From NCBI GenBank assembly GCA_965215125.1, contig OZ244052.1:288001-352000 (forward strand): a stretch of DNA of 64,000 bases, in the 5' to 3' direction. Below, piece after piece: positions 31,001 to 40,000 of this stretch; within the stretch, counting starts at the first letter, position 1; every line of letters begins with the position of its first letter. Position numbers and translations under genes: made by a program. Below the pieces are notes generated by a model, which had not been told where the DNA came from, searched no databases, and was given only the letters and a program-made list of their open reading frames with translations. Origin of the DNA: an uncultured candidatus Porisulfidus sp. Its GTDB lineage: Bacteria; Pseudomonadota; Gammaproteobacteria; Poriferisulfidales; Oxydemutatoraceae.

Positions 31001-34000
31001 ATTCATAGCCTTTACACACATTCTCCGGACATCCTGCAGTAATCTTACTCGCCGTGGAACTTACCCTATAACCACTACCGTCGAGCTGATAGCGAATTGC
31101 ATTCAAGTCTTCTAAGCGATGAATTTCTATCAAGCCGTCGCCGTCTCGATCAACCCGATTTTCTTTCACCGTAAAAGGGAGTGCATTCACCGTTATCGTA
31201 TAGACGGCTGCGCTATGGTCTTGTTTCTCCATTGTTAATGTAATGACGGTCGGACGTGATCCGTGCAACGGAATCCGGGAACTTTCATTTGCACCGGTCA
31301 CTATTTCATCAAATCCGGTATCGCTAACGATGCGAATAGTCGCATTCGCATCGTATGCCGTGGCGACGAGTTGAATCGCACGCGTGTCGGCGAACACCGT
31401 CATACTATAGTCGTGTATGAAAGGTTCAAAAGTCGGGAACAAATGGAACCCTCTCGCTGCCGGCACTAAATCGGCTAAATCGGTATACTGGTAGGATAGT
31501 GCAACACCACACCTTGCATCCCGTTCATGCGAATTACAAGCCGGTTTATTATTGAATGTTGCCGCAACCCCGACACCGCTCGTATATTTAAGGCTAGGGT
31601 ATTGCGTGTCGGTACCGAAATCCCAGATATCGGTTCTCCATCCGACATAAACCCTCTCGGTTGGGGTGGTAGGCGATTGTAGCGAGCGAGTGTCGAGGCC
31701 TGTGCTACCGGCAATGCTGATTTTGATGCCACTGGTTTCCAAATCCCAATAATTCGCCTTAAAGGTTCCGCCCTCATTGATGCCACCGAAACCACCGATA
31801 TTTTGACCGCCACTCGATACGCTGCCGATGGCATAGCTATGTAAGACCCCACCTTTACCCAAACTGTGGCTACCGATAAAACCACCGACACTATCGGCAC
31901 CCGAGACATTTACGACGGCATAGCCATTATTTATAACGCCTCCGAAATTGAGGCCTACGAAACCACCGACACGCTCACCTTCGGCTTGCACTTTGCCGTT
32001 TGCATAACAAACGGCAATGCGTCCTTCGTTAAAACCTACAAACCCCCCGGAGCTATTAGCACCTCTCACAGAAGCATCCGTATGACTATTGATGATTACA
32101 CCGCTTTGCGTATTCTCACCGGCTAAACCACCCACTCTATCGCCGCCGACTACGCTACCCTGCGCACGACTACTGACGATCATACCGTTATTGCGACCGG
32201 CGACGATACCGACTCCATCACCACCGATTATTTCGGCAACAAATAAGTCTAATCCACTGATCCTTGCATTTCTCCCAATGACACCGAATAAGCCGACCGC
32301 ATCGGTATCGGGTCGATTGATTTTCAAATTTGAGATTGTCCTCCGGTTTCCATAAAAATCGGCAGTAAAAGGATGTTGGCGGTCTCCTATAGGCAACCAG
32401 CCTCTGTTTAGCGTCCATGCCTGCTTATTTATTGTTGCGATACGATAGCTATCGTCGTTTTCAAAATCTAAGTCTGTTGTCAACTCATAACCTCTGCATA
32501 CCCCCGAAGGACACCCAACGCTGATTAGACTGGCAGTAGAATTCGCCCTATATCCACGACCATCCGGCTGATAGCGAATTGCATGTAAATCCTCTATATA
32601 ATCAATCTCTATCAAGCCGTCTTGGTCTCTATCAATGCGATAACCCGATGTCGCAAAGCGCAGACGCGCGACTGCGATAACATATTGAGCCACGCTGCCA
32701 CCTTGGGTTTGTACCTCGATTACGACTTTGCTCGTTCGGCTTGTATTCAGTGGAATTTCGGAACTCGTCGTAGCATTCGCTACATACTCGTCAAAGGCGT
32801 TGCCGACAGTAATACGAATGTCGGCATCGGTAGCATGAGCAATAGGAATTAAACGTATATGTTCGGTATCGGAGAAAACAGTCAACCGATAATTGCTTAT
32901 AGAACGGCTAAAATGCGGTGCAAGATGAAATCCTTCGGATACCAATTTCAAGTCAACCAGACCTATATCTTGATCGGAAATCGGAGTGCCACAACGAACT
33001 AACGATAAACCACCACAAGCGGGTTTGTCCCTAAACGCAGTTGCAACATCGGTTGCGGCGATATATTTAAGAATCGGATATTGTTCTCGGGTACCGAAAT
33101 CCCAAGCATCGGTACTCCATCCGGTATAAATTGTCCCGGTTGGACTGGTCGATGTTTTCAAGTTTACGGTACTGTGTCCCGCACTACCGATAATACCGGT
33201 GATGATACCGCTTTTTTGTATATCCCAATAGTTATACGATAAGACACCGCTGTTATTGTTGACCCCGATAAAACCGCCTACCCCGCGACCGTCGGCGATT
33301 ACCCTACCGGCTGCATAGTTATTTCGGATCCTGCCTTTATTTGAATTATTTCCGACAAATCCTCCCACTTCGCTTATTGCAATCACATCCCCTATCGCAT
33401 AGTTATTAATGATAGTACCTTCCAAATAGTTCCTACCGACCAAACCGCCGGCGCCATAGCCCCTTGCGACTACGCGACTGATTGCATAACAGTTGCGAAT
33501 CCGACCGGCGTTGATGCCGACCAAACCACCGACATAATAAATTCCTGATACTTCAATCCTTGCATAGCTATTGACTATTGCGCCACTCGTTCTATTCTCG
33601 CCGACCAATCCGCCTACTCTACCTCTTCGTCCTTCCACTTCACCTACCGCGTAGCTATTGACAATCACCCCATCACCGATACCGGCTAGACCGCCTACTT
33701 TATCGTTTCCTACCAGCTTAAGATCCAATAAGCCTAGACCTTCAACCCTGGCGTTCGTGCCGAGCTCGGCGAATAAACCGACAATGTCGGAATCAGGTCT
33801 ATCGATGAACAGATTTGATAATGTTTTTCCGTTGGCGTTGAATACACCGACAAAAGGCTCTTGTTCATCACCTATAGGCAACCACCCCTCACCCTCGCTC
33901 CATGCTTTTTTGTTCACTTCGGGATCGCGATAACTACCGTCAACCTTGAAATCCAAATCTCGTGCAAGTTCATAACCTCTGCAACCTTCCTCGGGACAAC

Positions 34001-37000
34001 CGACGGTGATCACCGGTGCCGACCCGCTTTCTCGATAGCCGCTACCGTCCAAGCGATATCGGATTGCATCGAGCTCTTCCAAATTATCTATTTCTATCAA
34101 ACCATCGTTATCTCTATCAATGTCGGTTATAGGAAAAGCTAGGCGATGTACTCTAATCGTGTATACCGTAACCCTACCGTTCTTGGCTTCCACTTGAATT
34201 GTAATATGCGAACTATCGGCTGAAATAATCGGGCTGCTTTCACCGTTGATAATTGGTATACCGGTTTTACCGTCTATACTCAACTCGATACGGTCGTCAA
34301 AATTAACTGCCGTAGCTATCAAGCTAAAATTCGGTCGGTCGGCATCGAGCGTTAAATCATAGTTGAATGTTTCCGGCTCAAAGGACGGAAATAATGCTAC
34401 ACCTGCCGACGCTTTCAGATCTTGCAAACCGAAACGTTGATCGAACAACAACGCACCGCAGTTTGTTAGCTGTTGGGCAGTACCACAATGTGCATCTCTA
34501 TATTTGAGTACCGGATATTGGCTACTTGTTCCGAAATCCCAATCTGCAACATTCCAATTAAAATAAATTTCTCCGCGAATTTCACCGGGCACGACGGGAG
34601 CCTTAAGTTGTACCGTGGTGGCGGAAGTGCCTGCCGCACTATACCGCTGTCCACTGATTTCCGCATTCCAATAACTCTGCTTTACACGCCCCTGATTATT
34701 CTTCGCAATTAACCCGCCGTTGCTTCCCGACGAGACATGCGATATCGTATAGCTATTAGCGACACTGCCGGCATTGCGTCCTATCAAACCGCCGGCTATC
34801 ACATTCGCCTGAATGTTGCCGGTTGAATAGGCATTGTTAATCGTCCCGATATTACTACCGACCAAACCACCGGTGCTTATTTTTCTTAACAACCCACCGA
34901 ACATAAGAGTATTACCACTGTCGTGAACATCACCGCCGGCGTAGCTGTTGGAAACGATACCGTCGTTCCTTCCGACCAAACCCCCGATACCAAGACTAAA
35001 TTTTTGCGTCGCAGTAGTTACGTTTATATCGACATACGCATAACTACCGATAATTTGCCCGGTAGAATAAGCCACCAAACCACCGATATCCAAAATCTTG
35101 TTATTATCCGCTACAACGACACCGGTCGCATAACTGTTGATAACCCGCCCCTTTGAATGGGCAACTAAGCTACCTATGCTTTCACCGCCTCTGAGTTCTA
35201 CATCCAATAAAGCGACACCCTCTATTAACGCATGTTCGCCGGTATCGGCGAATAAACCTACATTACTCAACGCCGGTCTATTGATCCTCAAATTGGACAA
35301 AGTCTTACCGTTGGCTTTGAATACACCGTTGAAGCTTTCAATCGGTTGCCATCCCCCTTCGGATGCCGTCCAAATATCTTTGTTGGATAAATCACGATGA
35401 TAGGTATTGCGATAACTTGCAATATCCTCAAAATCCAAGTCTCTATCCAATTCATAACCTCGACATCCGTCGGCCGGACAGCCTAGAGTAATTTTAGAAG
35501 TATTTGCACTTGCCCTATAACCGGTGCCATCCGGTTGATAGCGTATTTCGTTCAGCTCTTCCAAGTTGTTTATTTCTATCAAACCGTCGTTGTCTTTGTC
35601 TATATCGTCTATTACCCTATCCAAGCGATGCGTCTTAATCGTATATGCAAACAACGATGTATTCTCTACGATAAATCTAAGATCTGTTCCGTCTAGTACT
35701 ATTGGTTCACTAACGGCACCGCTCGTTACATTTCCTATAAATATTCCATCCTTATAGATGCCGATAAAAGTCGGTAACTCTGCGGTCGGTGTTGCTCTAA
35801 TCCGTTCTATATCGGCATTAACATACATATCGTAGGTAAATATAGAAGATTCAAAAGTCGGCACCAACCATACACCCTCGGATAATACCAAGTTGCGTAA
35901 ACGATTATAATTTTGATTAGGGAATACGGTACCGCACGGCGTAACATTCAATCGCCTGCAGTCCGGGTGATTGTATTTAAGTGCCGGATATTGTTCGGAT
36001 GTGCCGAAGTCCCAATTCTCGGTACTCCAATTGAAATAGACTTCGGTTAAAGTGCTACCCGGGGCGGCAGGTCCTTTAAGTTTTTCGGTGGCTAAACCCG
36101 CTACACCGTTTGAGATTGAACTTATCATCTCGGCATCTTTGGCATCGGCAATCGTTATATCCCAATAACTGTTTGAGATTGAACCTCTATTGTTATTACC
36201 GACCAGACCTCCGGTCTCCGTGTTGTCGGATACCGAAAAAACAGCTGCGTAGCTTCGAGTAATTACGGCACGGTGATTTGTGCCGACCAATCCGCCGGTG
36301 TTGCGCCCACCTTCTATCGTACCGGTTGCGTAGCTATCGGAAATCGACCCACTCGGCGAATTACGGCCAACCAATCCGCCGGCTGAAACCACCGCATCTG
36401 TTGCCGTCAGATAACCGGCTGCATGGCTGTTGCCGATAACACCTGCGTTAATACCGACTAAGCCACCGACACGGGAATCCGCACCACCCTCGGCTTTTAT
36501 ATGTCCGCTGACATAGCTATTGAAAATCGTGCCGGAAAAATTGATACCTGCCAAACCACCGACACGCAACTTGCCGAGTATATCGACATTCAATAAGGCG
36601 ACACCGTCTATCTCTGCATCTTTCCCCACCACACCGAACAAACCTACATTGTCGGTAGTGGGACGGTTTATCAATAGCTTATCTATGGTTTTTATATTGC
36701 CTTTGAAAACGGCTTTGAACGGTTGCAACTCACTGCCTATCGGTTGCCAACCTTCTCCTTGCCCCCAAACAGCTTTATTCTCTATCCGACGATAGCTTGC
36801 GTCGTCTTGGAAATCCAAATCGCTTATTAACTCGTATCCTCTGCAACCTTGTAGGGGGCAACCGGTCGTAAACTCGGGGGCCTCGGGAGCGGCTTTATAT
36901 GCGGTACCGTACAGATTGTAGCGGATCGCATTGAGGTCTTCTAGTTTTCTAATCTCTATCAAACCGTTGCCGTCTTCATCGACTTTTTTAAAAGGAATAT

Positions 37001-40000
37001 AGCTCACATTAAATGTATAGCGATCTCTCGTTTTGCCTTTTACTGTAACGACGATGCGAATAACCGATTCACTATCGAGTAAAATTGCCGAACTGGCAAC
37101 TCCGCTTTCGATGCCTTTATCTATTATTTCCCCGTCTACACCGATATCTATTAAGGCATCGGATTCTATCGCTTTAGCAATCATATTGAGTCGATCCTTG
37201 CGGCCGGCAATCGTCAAATTATAATCCTTTAGCGACCCTCTAAAAATCGGAGACAACGATATATCACCCTCTGCAAGTATCGTCAAATCCGACAACCCGC
37301 GTTTTCTATCGGGCAGTTGCGAACCGCAAACCGGTAAAGCAGAGTCGTCGCTTGCGGTATTTATACAAAAGCTAAAATCTTGATGCAGATCGGAGGTTTG
37401 CACATATTTAAGTATCGGGTATTGTTTGCGGGTACCGAAATCCCAATCGGCATTGCGCCAGCCGTAATAGACATCGGTTTCGGTAGTGCTTTCATCGGCG
37501 GTTGAAGTTTGAAGTTCTATCGTTGTCTTGGAAGTGCCCCCCGCACTATAATGTATGTTTTCTATCAGACTATCCCAATAGCTGTTGATAATTTGCGCGG
37601 TATCATTACTAGCACCTATCAGACCACCGATCCTGCCGATGCCCGATAGCTTGGTCGCTGCATAGCTGTGCTTCACGATGCCGTTTGAATGACCGACTAA
37701 ACCACCTATACGATCTATGCCTCTTATATCACCGATCGCATAACCGTTCAGAATGGTAGCTTTCGTTCCGTTAAATCCAACCAAACCACCTGTATGCAAG
37801 GCATCCCCTTTCACATCGCCGATTGCATAACTATTAATAATCTTGGCTTCATTCCTACCGACCAACCCACCTGCACAAAGCCCATTTCCTTGCACGTTGA
37901 CATTGGCATAGCTGTTTATAATCAACGGCACCAGGTCACTATTATCCGATGTTTGTAGACCAACCAAACCACCTACTTGAGCACTTGAGAAGAGAGACGC
38001 ATTCATTTTTACACTACCGGTGACATAGCAGTTTGCAATGATGCCTTCGTTAAAACCCGCTAAGCCACCGATAAATGTTTGGCCCGAAATATCTACATTT
38101 AATAAACCGAGATTCATAATCTTTCCGGCGGTACGGCCGAATAAAGATGCAAACCCGATTCCGGTATCGTGTATTTTTAAGTTGGAAATCGTATAGCCGT
38201 TACCTTCGAATGTCGCCCTAAAGGGATTGTTGTGGCCAAGAATACCCGGATATAGCCACAGATTCATCTCCGTCCATCTGCGTTTATTGTTTAGGTCTCT
38301 ATAACTGCCGTCGTCGTTGAAATCCAGATCTCTCAGCAATTCATAACCTGTGCATTTATTGGCAGGACAACCTCTGGTAATGCCCGGCACATCAGAACTC
38401 TCTCTATAAGCATCACCACTCCGTTCATAATACATTGCAGCCAAATCTTCCAAATAGCGAATTTCTATCAGACCGTCGTCGTCTCTATCTAGGTCTAATA
38501 TAGGTAGGATAAATTTTTCCGAGACTATAGTGTCGTTTGAATATCCTTGCCCGTCGCGATAGATTAAGCGCACACGATATTGCGTACGGTCGGCTAAACC
38601 CGAACTTATCGGTATATCGTAATGCGCCTCGCTCGCATCTTTAATATCTTTCCATTCGTCGTTTGCCGCAGGGGACTTGCTTTGCCACTGATAGCCGACT
38701 ATGTCCAAACTCTCTATACCATCCGAATCACCCGATAAGTCCTCAAGATTTAATTCGGGGACTACGAGTGTAAAAGTCTCTTCTATAAATGTAGGTGCTG
38801 CGACGGCAACAACAGCAGATCCATTCTCTACTTTAACTATCGTCAATGTTAGTTCTTTGTTGTCCGTTATAATGCCGTCGCTTGCTTGTACCTGTAATAC
38901 GATGTCGGCACTTTCGTCGTTAACCGCAATTAAATCTTCGGGCACCGTTATTTCCAAAACCGGTTGTCGGGTATCGATACCCGATAACAACGAGACACCG
39001 GATAACTGATCCCATCTGTAATCCACCGTACGAGCATCCGAACCACGCCTCATAGAGGCTTCCAATCTAAGGTGCTCCCCTTCGCTTATTCTATTATTCA
39101 AGGGAATACCTTTAATTTTTAGCGGATAAAACACATTGATCTTATATTGTCTTGCAACCGTGATCAGGTTTGTATCCGTCGCAACATCCAAGGGAATAAG
39201 CGATTGCGCACCGCTATTCATACGGCGACTAGATCCGCCATCGTAGGTGACATCGATTATTGCAGTCTGATCAACCGCAGTCGGAGTCAATCGCAATCGG
39301 TCGGTGCGCTCGGCAACCACGACACGATAATGAAATATCCGTTCATCAAAAGCCGGAAGCAGTTCCAAACCCTCATCCAGTGCTATATCCGATAGGTGCG
39401 GGTATTGACCTTCTAATAAATCGCCACAGGCAAAACCGTCGTCTGTCCAAGCGGTGCAAGCGACGCGTCCTCGTGTCGGTTCGGGTAATCGGACATATTT
39501 GAGTATCGGATAGTGATATTCGCTACCGAAATCCCAGTTATCCGTACTCCAACCGTAATAACTCTGCTCGGGTGAGGTTCCCGGCGCAGTAGGAGATTGC
39601 ATTTGCTTAGTGGTGCGGAGTACGCCGCCGGCACTTACAAACACTCGGGCGGTTGTTAAATCCCAATAGCTATTGGTTGCAGTACTTTCGGACGCTCTGC
39701 CGTCTACATAATTTAACCCGATTAAACCACCGGTGTAGCCCTTCCCTGCAACACCGGCGATCGCATAGCTGTCGGCAACCGAATGTTTGTTATATCCGAC
39801 CAAACCACCGACTCTATAACGCCCTCGTACATCGTATTCCACTTCCATACTTCCCGCCGCATAACTATCGGTGATTATGCCGCTATTCAAACCGACCAAA
39901 CCGCCGACATTATCGGTCAATCCTCTAACACGGCTTCCGGCAAAAGTATTGATAAGCGAACCTTTGTTGTGTCCGATTAAACCACCGACATCATCTGCCG